Source of the DNA: Nitrospiraceae bacterium
Lineage (GTDB): Bacteria; Nitrospirota; Nitrospiria; Nitrospirales; Nitrospiraceae
Direction of reading: 5' to 3'
DNA length: 35,557 nucleotides
Assembly (NCBI GenBank): GCA_035471155.1
Contig: DATIQH010000469.1
Span: 1-35,557 of the forward strand
A program made the position numbers and the translations under genes. The notes beneath the pieces were generated by a model. It ran no database searches. It had not been told where the DNA came from and saw only the letters and a list, made by a program, of their open reading frames with translations. This document shows positions 16,039-24,991 of this stretch, piece by piece (the first letter of the stretch is position 1; the number at the start of each line of letters is the position of its first letter).

Positions 16039-16245
16039 ACTATTTTCTCACTGATCCTGTCGTTCGCAATTAATCATAGAGCGGCACGTGTTGCCGTATT
16101 TATCCGCCCGCCCTCGATACCTTCACACAACATATTGAAAATTAATGATAAAATTATACGAGCGCAGAAGCGCCTCATTTTTTTATTCAAGTGCTATATT
16201 TCATCTACAAGGCGAAATGTTATTCAAAAAAAATGGAGATTAATC

Positions 16246-16845
16246 ATGATCGGAAGTCCAATGAAAACAGGTATTGTGGTAGCGATGGGACTCGTCTTGT
16301 TGGTCGGTCAGGGTTGTAGCATGAAATGGCTGCAGTCTGATGGAGAGACGGGGGCAGGGTCTGGGCAAAAAGGACTAAGTGGGTTCTCCAAAAATCCTTC
16401 GGAAGAACGTCTGGGAAAGAGTGGCGATATCGTATCGCTTTCTCCTTCCGGCATGAGCGACCGTCAGCGCGCGGAGTTAACTAAAGAGGAAAAAGCAGCG
16501 ATCGAAGCTGGTCTAAAGGACGTATTTTTTGGATATGATCAGTGGGCCCTGTCAGATGCCGGAATGGAGGCATTGAACCTCGACGCACAGTGGCTGAAAG
16601 ATCACCCTGGAGCGGTAATGAAGGTTGAGGGTCACTGCGACGAACGGGGCACGGCCGACTACAATATTGTGTTGGGAGATAAACGGGCTAAGGCTGCGCG
16701 CAATTACCTGATCGAGTCGGGTGTAACTCCCAAACAGGTGGCAATCGTGTCGTACGGCAAGGCGCGCCCTTTTTGCACAGACCCTTCTGAGTCCTGCTAC
16801 CAGCAGAACCGTCGCGGGCATGTGTTGTTGAATATGAAGAAGTAA
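16246..16845 (+). CDS. pal: Peptidoglycan-associated lipoprotein (OmpA C-terminal domain)
   Basis: The ATG at 16246 has GGAG upstream. The signal peptide ends LLVGQGC. The OmpA-like domain reads VFFGYDQWALSD...VEGHCDERGTADYNIVLGDKRAKAARNYL...VSYGKARP. The track ORF start at 16135 lies in 30% GC non-coding sequence. Confidence 0.88.
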   Translation: MIGSPMKTGIVVAMGLVLLVGQGCSMKWLQSDGETGAGSGQKGLSGFSKNPSEERLGKSGDIVSLSPSGMSDRQRAELTKEEKAAIEAGLKDVFFGYDQWALSDAGMEALNLDAQWLKDHPGAVMKVEGHCDERGTADYNIVLGDKRAKAARNYLIESGVTPKQVAIVSYGKARPFCTDPSESCYQQNRRGHVLLNMKK

Positions 16846-16868
16846 CAGAGCGATTCACGGCTTCCAGG

Positions 16869-16903
16869 GAACCCCGGCGCTTCTTCATGCAAGCCCGGGG
16901 TTC
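16869..16903 (+). terminator. Candidate terminator after pal
   Basis: GAACCCCGG (16869..16877) pairs with CCGGGGTTC (16895..16903). The loop is 17 nt and the stem is followed by ATTGTTT. Confidence 0.4.
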
Positions 16904-16929
16904 ATTGTTTGGATTGGGGTGAGGTAAAC

Positions 16930-17325
16930 ATGGCGCTTGTGAAGAGTAAAGGGGATTCAAGTAAGGGGCATCCTCAGACCCGTACGATCAGAAAAGAGCC
17001 CTTTATGGAGAAACGTCAGCAGCCACGTTTTACTTCTCATTTCAGAAGTATCATTTCGGGCGGGCAACAAGAAGGCCAAGGGCGGACACGAGACCTCTCT
17101 GCCGGTGGCTGTATGATCGAAACGGATTATCCAGTCGTTGTGGGGGCTTCGTATGAATGCCGCATTTATGTCCCTGGGCTTGACTGGCCTTTGCGGATCG
17201 ACGAAGCCCAAGTGCGATGGGTCAAGACCAATACATTTGGGATCCAGTTCATGAAGATTCAGCCGGATGAAGAAGCTAAACTCAAGCAGGTCCTTACCTC
17301 TCTCAACGAAGAACTTACGATGTAG
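16930..17325 (+). CDS. PilZ domain protein (predicted c-di-GMP receptor)
   Basis: An RxxxR motif (RQQPR) lies 21 aa before D-x-S-x-x-G (DLSAGG). The ATG at 16930 has GGTGAGG upstream. An alternative ATG is at 17005. Confidence 0.8.
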   Translation: MALVKSKGDSSKGHPQTRTIRKEPFMEKRQQPRFTSHFRSIISGGQQEGQGRTRDLSAGGCMIETDYPVVVGASYECRIYVPGLDWPLRIDEAQVRWVKTNTFGIQFMKIQPDEEAKLKQVLTSLNEELTM

Positions 17326-17519
17326 CCCGTTATCCTCTCTTTTTTCCATTTAGATTCTGATAGCTTGAACGTTTCCATGTCTTGGATGTGGGAGTTCTGC
17401 GCCGGTTTACGACCTGTTCGCAGCGTCATGGCGTCTATGGTATAAGCAGCGTGAAAATTTGAAAGAAAATGGGAATCATTGTTACACCACATTGGGTCGG
17501 ATAATCAGAGATCCGTAAG

Positions 17520-18083
17520 ATGGGACACACTGCATCTTCAACTCAGACCGGATATCTCCTTGCAACCGTAGCAGGCGGTTGTTTTTGGTGTCTTGAAGCG
17601 GTCTATGATCAGATAAAAGGTGTGGTTGCGGTCGAATCCGGCTATATGGGAGGCCAGGTCGATCATCCGACGTATGAAGCCGTCTGTAGCGGTAGGACTG
17701 GTCACGCAGAAGCAGTCCGTATTACATTCGACCCAGACGTCATCGGCTATTGTGAGTTGATCGAAGTGTTGTTTGCCATCCACGATCCCACGACCCTCAA
17801 CCGGCAGGGACATGATGTCGGGACTCAATACCGATCGGCCATTTTCTACCATACGCCTGATCAGAAGCAGATTGCCGAGGAGGTGATCGCAGCTGTGACA
17901 AACGAGAAGCGCTATGCCGATCCGATTGTCACGGAAATTACTCCTGCCGGGATCTGGTACGAAGCTGAGCCCTATCACCAGGAATATTTTGCGCGGAATC
18001 CCTTTCAGGGTTATTGTACAGCCGTCGTCGGGCCGAAAGTGGTCAAGTTCCGCAAGCAGTTCACTTCGAAATTGAAGACCTAA
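17520..18083 (+). CDS. msrA: Peptide-methionine (S)-S-oxide reductase
   Basis: The active site GGCFWCLEAVY is present, along with GHAEAVRITFDP and YHQEYF. Confidence 0.93.
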   Translation: MGHTASSTQTGYLLATVAGGCFWCLEAVYDQIKGVVAVESGYMGGQVDHPTYEAVCSGRTGHAEAVRITFDPDVIGYCELIEVLFAIHDPTTLNRQGHDVGTQYRSAIFYHTPDQKQIAEEVIAAVTNEKRYADPIVTEITPAGIWYEAEPYHQEYFARNPFQGYCTAVVGPKVVKFRKQFTSKLKT

Positions 18084-18172
18084 CCGGCTTGAATCTCTCG
18101 AGGCATCCCGAACAATGTATTGAGAGGAAGAGGCTATCCTTCTATCAGGAACGACGGTAAATCTTGGAAAGC

Positions 18173-19045
18173 TTATAGGCGAGGGGCAAGGTCTTGATCC
18201 AACCAGGCGTCTTCCTGCCCTTCCATCTGATCGGATGCGCGAAGACCCGCAAAGTCGAATAGCCGTCGGTCCAGGAGGAGCGGCGGCGCCACGTTCGACA
18301 GGGCGGCGAACATACTGTCCGTGCAGCCAGGCGACCGCTGCTCCCATTCGCGCAACATCCCTTTAATCTCTTTCCGCTTGAGATCTTCTTGTGAGCCACA
18401 GAGATCACAAGGAATAATAGGAAACGCGCGGAGTTCCGCATATCGAGCGAGATCGCTCTCACGTACGGCAGACAACGGGCGAATCACGACATGCCGGCCG
18501 TCTTTTGAGCGTAATTTCGGTGGCATCGTCTTAAGCTTGCCGGTATAGAACAAGTTCAGAAACAGAGTTTCGATAATGTCATCGCGATGGTGACCCAAGG
18601 CGATTTTGGTCGCGCCCAATTCCGTGGCGACGCGATAGAGGATGCCACGACGAAGTCGGGAACAGAGAGAACAGGTGGTCTGTCCTTCGGGAATGAGCCG
18701 CTTGACGATAGAATAGGTGTCACGCGTTTCGATATGAAATGGAACTCCGATACGGGAGAGATAGTCGGGAAGTATATGGGCGGGAAACCCCGGCTGTTTT
18801 TGATCTAAGTTCACTGCAACAAGGTCGAAGTGAATTGGCGCACGCCGTTGCAAGACGAGTAGTACATCGAGCAGCGCATAGCTGTCTTTCCCGCCTGATA
18901 GACAGACCATGATCTTGTCGCCGTCTTTGATAAGGCCATACTCGCCAATGGTCTCTCCAACAAGCCGAAGCAATCTGGTTTGCAACTGCTCCGTGGTTTC
19001 GTCTAGTTTCAGGTAAGGGCGTGAAGGGCTTGCTGAATGTGACAT
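18173..19045 (-). CDS. ttcA: tRNA 2-thiocytidine(32) synthetase
   Basis: The PP-loop [17 protein letters not shown] is present, with [10 protein letters not shown] and CDLCGSQ cysteine motifs. I chose the ATG at 19045 from its distance to the PP-loop. Alternatives are the ATG at 19072 and the TTG at 19090. Confidence 0.9.
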   Translation of the reverse strand: MSHSASPSRPYLKLDETTEQLQTRLLRLVGETIGEYGLIKDGDKIMVCLSGGKDSYALLDVLLVLQRRAPIHFDLVAVNLDQKQPGFPAHILPDYLSRIGVPFHIETRDTYSIVKRLIPEGQTTCSLCSRLRRGILYRVATELGATKIALGHHRDDIIETLFLNLFYTGKLKTMPPKLRSKDGRHVVIRPLSAVRESDLARYAELRAFPIIPCDLCGSQEDLKRKEIKGMLREWEQRSPGCTDSMFAALSNVAPPLLLDRRLFDFAGLRASDQMEGQEDAWLDQDLAPRL

Positions 19046-19098
19046 CGCTCGGCATTCTACGCGGTCAGCCATGTGGCTGTCGATCTCCAACCGAGGGC

Positions 19099-19596
19099 AT
19101 GATGGGGAATGATAAACATCACTCCGACGGAAAAATTCAGTCAGTGCTATTCGTGTGTACGGGGAACATTTTTCGGAGCGTGACTGCCGAGTACGCGCTC
19201 AAGGCCAGACTCGGCGCAGACATGTCCTGCGTCGTGAGCTCGGCCGGAATCCAGGCGAAGCCGCAGCCGTTGCCTGCTTGGATCCAGACCCGATTGAGAG
19301 AAAAGGGCGCCGATCCGACCAGACATGTCCAGCGACAACTTACCTATGAGATGGTCGAGGCTGCCGGCCTCGTCATTGCGATGGGGCGAGACCACCAAGC
19401 ATTTGTCCGGGAGCAATTTGGCCATGACATTCCTCTGTTTAATCAAATTTGTCTTGGCCATGATACGCCGATTCTTGATCTGCACGAAGTAATGCCGGAT
19501 TGGGAGACCGACCATGAGCGAGCCCGCGCCTATGTATGGTCGGTGATCGACGTGATCTGGGCCACAGCGCCAGCCCTTCTTCCTCGCCTCCGTTAG
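19099..19596 (+). CDS. Low-molecular-weight protein-tyrosine phosphatase family protein
   Basis: The CX5R(S/T) P-loop [12 protein letters not shown] lies near the N-terminus. The start is the ATG at 19099 or 19102. Confidence 0.85.
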   Translation: MMGNDKHHSDGKIQSVLFVCTGNIFRSVTAEYALKARLGADMSCVVSSAGIQAKPQPLPAWIQTRLREKGADPTRHVQRQLTYEMVEAAGLVIAMGRDHQAFVREQFGHDIPLFNQICLGHDTPILDLHEVMPDWETDHERARAYVWSVIDVIWATAPALLPRLR

Positions 19597-19762
19597 TCAG
19601 GTCGTCCGCATGTACAGCCTGTGTTGGTTCATTCTTGAACTCGACCGGACATTTTTTCTCCGCATATCAGAGATCGTCGCGTAAAGGCCTCCTCGATCGG
19701 GGCAAGGTTAAGACACGTGCTATATTTTCTACAGTATCTCTTGCAGGTTGACCGGGCGCACT

Positions 19763-20833
19763 ATGACGTTGATACAACGACCGCGGATACAAGACGTGAC
19801 AGCGGCTGATAGCCATGGTCACGAGCCGGAATGGGCCTCATGGTCCAATGAGAAGCTCTTGAGCCTTCCGATGAACCAGCTCGGTGTCACCCTCGACGGG
19901 TTATTTCTGTCGGAACAGATTCAGCAACTCTACGCTGAACTCGAAGCCAGGCAGCTCATATTCCGTCCTCACTTTTGGTTGTCCAACGAATGGTTTACTC
20001 CGGACGGTGTGCCGGGTATTGCCGTGCCGTTTTATCTGGCCCACCCACGACTCGCGAAACTTGAAATGGATCAGATGCTCGAGGTCGAGGGCGGGACTTC
20101 GGAATGGTGCATGCGCATTTTGAGGCATGAGGCCGGCCATGCTGTGGAAAATGCCTATCGGCTCCGCCGGCTCCGCCGCCGGCAACAGGTCTTTGGTCGG
20201 TCGTCCGATCCCTACCCAAAATACTACAGCCCCAGACCCTATAGTCGAAGTTTCGTGCGGCATCTCGATGTGTGGTATGCGCAAAGCCATCCGGATGAGG
20301 ACTTTGCTGAGACCTTTGCGGTTTGGCTGACACCAGATTCGACATGGGCCGACCGCTACAAGGGCTGGCCGGTGCTCAAGAAGCTGCAATATGTCGATGG
20401 ACTGATGAAGGGGCTGGCCGCTGTTTCGCCCAAGGTGATGACGAGTGAGGAGATCGATTCGTTGTCCGAACTGAAGAAGACCCTGCGCGAACACTATGAG
20501 CGAAAGCGCAGGCACTATGGCATTGAGCGGCCATCATTATACGATCCGGACTTGAAGCGACTGTTTTCCGATGCCCCTGCCCATGCAGATAAATTGAGCG
20601 CCGCCACCTTCTTAAACCGGTTCAGAAAAGAAGTGCGCCGCAAAGTTGCCGCCTGGACCGGCGAATATCAATATACGATCGATCAGGTCCTGGAGGATAT
20701 GATTCGACGCTGCCGTCAGCTCCACCTGCGACTGCCGCTTGCGGAAGAGCAGGCGAAGTTGGATTTCACGATTTTGCTGACCGTCCACACGATGAACTAC
20801 CTGCGTAGCGGACGGCATAAGGTGGCGGTATGA
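19763..20833 (+). CDS. Putative zinc metallopeptidase (HExxH; Peptidase_Mx-like)
   Basis: RILRHEAGHAVENAY contains HEAGH at 20126..20140, and a downstream HPDEDFAETFAVW segment is present. I chose the ATG at 19763; the track start at 19748 is a TTG. Confidence 0.8.
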   Translation: MTLIQRPRIQDVTAADSHGHEPEWASWSNEKLLSLPMNQLGVTLDGLFLSEQIQQLYAELEARQLIFRPHFWLSNEWFTPDGVPGIAVPFYLAHPRLAKLEMDQMLEVEGGTSEWCMRILRHEAGHAVENAYRLRRLRRRQQVFGRSSDPYPKYYSPRPYSRSFVRHLDVWYAQSHPDEDFAETFAVWLTPDSTWADRYKGWPVLKKLQYVDGLMKGLAAVSPKVMTSEEIDSLSELKKTLREHYERKRRHYGIERPSLYDPDLKRLFSDAPAHADKLSAATFLNRFRKEVRRKVAAWTGEYQYTIDQVLEDMIRRCRQLHLRLPLAEEQAKLDFTILLTVHTMNYLRSGRHKVAV

Positions 20834-21852
20834 AACGTCTCCGGATCCTCGTCTTGATGCACGAAGATCTGGTGCCTCCCGACCTTCTCAACGGGCAGGA
20901 CGTGGCGGGAGCCGAGTGGAAGACGGAATACGACGTGGTCTCCACGCTCCGCAAGCTCGGACATGAGGTCAAGCCGCTAGGGATCAAGAGCGATCTCGGA
21001 GTGCTCCGATCTGCTATAGAAGACTGGAAGCCGCACATCGCGTTTAATCTGCTCGAAGAGTTCGACGGGGTGGCGGTGTACGACCAGAACGTCGTGTCGT
21101 ATCTCGAACTGCTTCACGTGCCTTATACCGGCTGTAATCCGCGTGGGTTGATGCTCGCGCGCGATAAAGTCCTCTCCAAGAAACTGTTCTCGTTCCATCG
21201 CATCCCATTCCCGGAATTCATGGTGGTGCCACAGGGACGGACAGTCAAACGACCCAAGTGGCTGTCATTTCCCCTCATTGTCAAATCAGTGACCGAAGAG
21301 GCGTCGCTCGGGATTTCTCAGGCATCCATAGTCGAGGATGACGACAAACTCAAGGAGCGAGTCGAATTCATCCACGAAAGTGTAGGGACCGGCGCACTTA
21401 TCGAGCGGTACATCGAAGGGCGCGAACTGTATGTCGGGGTGATGGGGAATGGACATGTCCAGGTCTTGCCGGTGTGGGAGTTGATCATGGACAAGTTGCC
21501 GGAGGATGCCCGCCGGATTGCGACCGAGCGAGTCAAATGGAGTCGCACCTATCAAGCCAAATATGGGATTCGGTCTGGCGAAGCCAAGAATCTTCCTGAG
21601 GGGAAAGCCGAGGAAATCCAACATCTCGCGAAGCGTGTCTATCGCACACTCGGCCTGAGTGGCTATGCACGTATCGACGTAAGAATGGACGCAGAAGGAA
21701 ACGTGTACGTGCTGGAGGCCAATCCAAATCCGCAAATCGCGCAGGACGAAGATTTTTCTGATTCGGCAGAGAAAGCCGGCTATACCTATAAAGATCTGCT
21801 ACAGGAACTGTTGAATATCGGGCTTCGCTGGCGGCCAGCCAAAGCTGCCTAA
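20830..21852 (+). CDS. ATP-grasp ligase, D-alanine--D-alanine ligase-like family
   Basis: Motifs are LARDKVLSKKLF, FPLIVKSVTEEASLGISQASIV, LIERYIEGRELYVGVMGN and GYARIDVRMDAEGNVYVLEANPNP. It overlaps the peptidase gene in ATGA. Confidence 0.85.
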   Translation: MKRLRILVLMHEDLVPPDLLNGQDVAGAEWKTEYDVVSTLRKLGHEVKPLGIKSDLGVLRSAIEDWKPHIAFNLLEEFDGVAVYDQNVVSYLELLHVPYTGCNPRGLMLARDKVLSKKLFSFHRIPFPEFMVVPQGRTVKRPKWLSFPLIVKSVTEEASLGISQASIVEDDDKLKERVEFIHESVGTGALIERYIEGRELYVGVMGNGHVQVLPVWELIMDKLPEDARRIATERVKWSRTYQAKYGIRSGEAKNLPEGKAEEIQHLAKRVYRTLGLSGYARIDVRMDAEGNVYVLEANPNPQIAQDEDFSDSAEKAGYTYKDLLQELLNIGLRWRPAKAA

Positions 21853-22021
21853 CTGTCTCCCCTTTCCTCACCCGACATTTGTTGATGCTTCCGCAGTCTA
21901 TCAGAAGCTGCACGCGTGACAGTGCTTCGCCAAATCGCTAGGTCCTTTGAAGCTGGCCGCTACGAACGTCATGGCGGGGGTGGAGGGCGTGAGTGAAGCG
22001 AGAAGTGTTCTTTTCGTACGA

Positions 22022-22591
22022 CTAATGGCCGTAGCGGAAACCGAATAGCAGGGCAACGCTTGATGTATCATTCTCCGGTAGCGACGGAGAAAGATTGATG
22101 TCGTGGAGATTGACGATCAATGTCGAAGTCAAGGCGAGATTGTGGGTAGCCTGGTATTCTGCTGAGACGCCAATAGGGATGTACCAGCTCGTGTCGTTGC
22201 GGTCGATGCGCCCAGGGCCGGTCCCTCGGTCTAGATCTGCGTGGAGTAGGCCGATTCCCGTGAAGGGCACCAGGTTGATGCCGTTATTGAGGCGAAAGTA
22301 ATAGCGGCCGACCCCAGCGAAGGAGATCTGGAAGAGATCGCCCGTCGGGCTGATCTGCATCAATGGGCCGACAGAGAAGTTTCGATCGAGAAAATAATCG
22401 CCACTGAATGCGAGGTTGAATACCGTGCCATTGACCGTTCCGGATGTGAATCCCAGACCACTCCCGAATCCCCAGCGATTTTCGTCGGCTTGGGCCCTGG
22501 GTGTAAATACGGTGGTGCCCATGACCAAGACGGCGAACAGGGTGGCGGCGCAGGTCAATCGTGAGAATATGGTAGCAGTCCGGCGAATCAT
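22022..22591 (-). CDS. Outer-membrane beta-barrel protein (OmpW/porin-like)
   Basis: A signal peptide is present (MIRRTATIFSRLTCAATLFAVLVMGTTVFTPRAQA). Alternating aromatic/glycine-rich beta-strand periodicity follows (WGFGSGLGFTSG, FNLAFSGDYF, ISFAGVGRYYF, ALLFGFRYGH). Confidence 0.75.
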   Translation of the reverse strand: MIRRTATIFSRLTCAATLFAVLVMGTTVFTPRAQADENRWGFGSGLGFTSGTVNGTVFNLAFSGDYFLDRNFSVGPLMQISPTGDLFQISFAGVGRYYFRLNNGINLVPFTGIGLLHADLDRGTGPGRIDRNDTSWYIPIGVSAEYQATHNLALTSTLIVNLHDINLSPSLPENDTSSVALLFGFRYGH

Positions 22592-22693
22592 GGCGGCGGA
22601 CTCTAGCACAGAGGGCGAGTTCGGACAAGTCGTTTGAGTGCGCTGATGACAATAGGGTATTCTCTGCCACCATGGGCGAGGGAGGGGGTACAC

Positions 22694-23188
22694 ATGTCAG
22701 CCAACTCGATGACACCGAAGCAAGCAGCGGTCGCTCTGATGGCCGCGATGCCGATGGGCGTGTCTATTCAGCAGCTTGAGGAATATGGGATCGAGGCGAC
22801 GACGGAGCAGGCGTACGCGATCACGCAAGAAGTGCTCTCGCTCAATCTGTTTTGGATCTTCGCAGCCATCGAGGCGCACATCCCTCAGAAATATCAGTCC
22901 GCGCTGTCGGAATTCATTCTGGACACGCTGGAAGCAGGATGGGGTACGACTATTCCGATCGGTTCAGCTTCCTGGACCGTCTATCTGAATGAGTGGCAGG
23001 AGCGGCGACGTCGGTATAGTCGTTTAGTTGACGAAGGGATGAGTCCTCTTGCGGTAAGTGCGGAAGCCGCTGCCATCATAGAGGAGAATCGATGGGTCCA
23101 AGAAGCAGAGCGGCGAAATCTCTTGACCCTGCTGATCGATTTCGTGCCGGTCGATACCTATGGGCAGTTATTGGAAGATATCGGATAA
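22694..23188 (+). CDS. Hypothetical protein (164 aa)
   Basis: A strong SD (GAGGGAGGGGG) lies upstream of the ATG at 22694. The composition is helical and protein-like. I recognise no family. Confidence 0.7.
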   Translation: MSANSMTPKQAAVALMAAMPMGVSIQQLEEYGIEATTEQAYAITQEVLSLNLFWIFAAIEAHIPQKYQSALSEFILDTLEAGWGTTIPIGSASWTVYLNEWQERRRRYSRLVDEGMSPLAVSAEAAAIIEENRWVQEAERRNLLTLLIDFVPVDTYGQLLEDIG

Positions 23189-23195
23189 TCTCTTG

Positions 23196-23322
23196 GCAGG
23201 CAGTTGATAAAGTCTGCCAGCATCGTTCTCGCGTCGTTCAGGAGGCTCAACGTACCGAAGCGTACGCCTCGCCTCTTCGCTCGCTGCGGCCTTGCTGACG
23301 GTCTTTCTGAACAGCCTGCAGG
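23196..23322 (+). repeat. Repeat family copy C (compact form)
   Basis: The left terminus GCAGGCAGTTGATAAAGTC and the right terminus GGTCTTTCTGAACAGCCTGC are inverted copies of each other. The internal CTCGCTGCGGCCTTG (23280..23294) is identical to copy A. The element starts 7 nt after the stop at 23186..23188. Confidence 0.55.
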
Positions 23323-23414
23323 CCATTCAGTTTCCGTCAGCGATCTCAGACGTGGTGTCATTTCTGGCGTCAGCATCTCGTTTGCTAACAAACTGCTTTG
23401 CCTGGAACGCCCTC

Positions 23415-24020
23415 TCAGAGGTAACGGTGATCAAGAACTTTTCCCCTGTTGTCCAACTCGTAAAGCAACGGCGCGCCAGTTGGGATATTCAACTCCAACA
23501 CTTGCTCTCGTGAGAGCTGTTCCAGTTCCATGATCAGCGCTCGCAGGCTGTTTCCATGCGCCGCGACGAGGATCGTGTCTCCTTTCAAGACGTGTGGCTT
23601 GATAGTCCGGTCATAGTAAGGCAACACACGTTCCGCGGTGTCTTTCAGGCTTTCCCCTCCCGGCGGGCGCACGTCGTAACTCCGCCGCCAGATTTTCACC
23701 TGTGCCTCGCCGTATTTTTTCGCAGTTTCGTCCTTGTTCAACCCTTGCAGTTCGCCATACATCCGTTCATTGAGGGCCTTGTCCTTCTCAATCGGGATAC
23801 CGGTCTGGCCGATGGTTTCCAGCGCGAGTCGCAATGTCTCATTCGCGCGGGCCAACACGGAGGTAAAGGCGCGATCGAACCTGAATCCGCGCAGTTTCTC
23901 ACCCGCATCCTTCGCTTCCTGAATGCCGCGCGGAGACAGGGGCACATCGACCCATCCCGTGAAACGATTCTCCAGGTTCCATTGCGATTCGCCATGACGA
24001 AGCAGGACTAATTGAGCCAT
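23415..24020 (-). CDS. gpmA: 2,3-bisphosphoglycerate-dependent phosphoglycerate mutase
   Basis: The N-terminus [26 protein letters not shown] matches the His-phosphatase RHGE motif, and a second His context is present ([10 protein letters not shown]). Confidence 0.92.
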   Translation of the reverse strand: MAQLVLLRHGESQWNLENRFTGWVDVPLSPRGIQEAKDAGEKLRGFRFDRAFTSVLARANETLRLALETIGQTGIPIEKDKALNERMYGELQGLNKDETAKKYGEAQVKIWRRSYDVRPPGGESLKDTAERVLPYYDRTIKPHVLKGDTILVAAHGNSLRALIMELEQLSREQVLELNIPTGAPLLYELDNRGKVLDHRYL

Positions 24021-24062
24021 TATGAGTTCCTCTCAAGCCTGAAGGGATGTGTTCGCGGGCCA

Positions 24063-24091
24063 GAGCATACTGGAACAGGCGCTCAAGTCAA
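24063..24091 (-). promoter_or_regulatory. Candidate sigma-70 promoter of gpmA
   Basis: On the minus strand: TTGACT (24091..24086), a 17-nt spacer, then TATGCT (24068..24063). This lies about 40 nt upstream of the ATG, with GAGAGGAA as the SD. Confidence 0.45.
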
Positions 24092-24203
24092 GCGGCTGTT
24101 TTTGACAGACCCGGCAGCGTTCTAATGCTCAATTTTTTGATGGTCAAGATTTCGTATGATTTGAGGTATCGATCTGCCGGCAGCGAGCGAAAGAGTGTCT
24201 GCT

Positions 24204-24848
24204 TTACACGTTGCTTTGAGAGACTGGCTTTGCCGGTTTTCCCGGTGGGTGTTCACCGTCCGGGAGTCCGTCCTGAAGCATTTTGAACATGGTGATTGCG
24301 AACAACACATACAAGGCAACTCCGATCCAGATCACGTAGGACTGGACGCCTCCGCTTTCTTTTAGTACCTCATCCAGCTTTGCCGGATCGCTCCCCGTGC
24401 TCCTCTTGATTTCGCCGATATGCTCGCGGCAGTGCCAGTAGTACACATAATTCGCTGTGGCTCCGGCCATAATGCTCCACACGAGGCCCACGGTCATGTC
24501 GCCGGTCAAGTAGGTCGAAATCATCGGACCGACAGCGTAGACCAGCGCGTACGTATACATCTTTCGGTAGAGAAACCAGAGGAAGGAGACATACAGAAAA
24601 GCCGGCCAATTCCATGTCAAGGCAAACTTCGGCTGTTCCCCTAATCCGAATTTTCTAAAATGTGTCAGATAACGATCGGCATAGGGGCCGATGAATTGGC
24701 GCCAGAGATGTTCATCGGGATGGGTTTCAGATTGGATCCTGGGGGCGGCAATCGGCGGTTCTGGTTCTGCGGCAAGCGTGCTCCCACACTGGTAGCAAAA
24801 CTTCGCGTCTTCTTGGTTCTGTTGTTGGCACTGTGCGCAGGGTTTCAT
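24204..24848 (-). CDS. Zinc-ribbon plus DUF2628-like membrane protein
   Basis: The N-terminus MKPCAQCQQQNQEDAKFCYQCG is a zinc ribbon. Next comes WNWPAFLYVSFLWFLYRKMY, which I recall as a DUF2628-like motif, followed by further TM helices. Confidence 0.75.
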   Translation of the reverse strand: MKPCAQCQQQNQEDAKFCYQCGSTLAAEPEPPIAAPRIQSETHPDEHLWRQFIGPYADRYLTHFRKFGLGEQPKFALTWNWPAFLYVSFLWFLYRKMYTYALVYAVGPMISTYLTGDMTVGLVWSIMAGATANYVYYWHCREHIGEIKRSTGSDPAKLDEVLKESGGVQSYVIWIGVALYVLFAITMFKMLQDGLPDGEHPPGKPAKPVSQSNV

Positions 24849-24991
24849 CTGTCCGAGAGTATCACAATGGAGACGCCCCCTGGGTAAAGAAGCGCCGCGA
24901 CATTCCCATCCGTCTCCTGCGGCTCCTTTCAAGTTGCTTCCAATGGCAGCCTATGCTACCTTCCCTTACTTTACAAAGGGATACGTCTGTC

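Noticed and set aside
17538-18347. A 269-aa minus-strand ORF spanning msrA and the ttcA 3' end.
   Set aside because: It is antisense to msrA (GCFWC active site on the + strand) and out of frame with ttcA. The sequence is low-complexity and R/S/G/P-rich.
19021-19090. An apparent 70-nt overlap of the divergent ttcA and LMW-PTP longest ORFs.
   Set aside because: It is resolved by internal start codons (ttcA ATG at 19045, PTP ATG at 19099). These fit the usual N-terminal lengths of both families and leave a 53-bp divergent promoter region.
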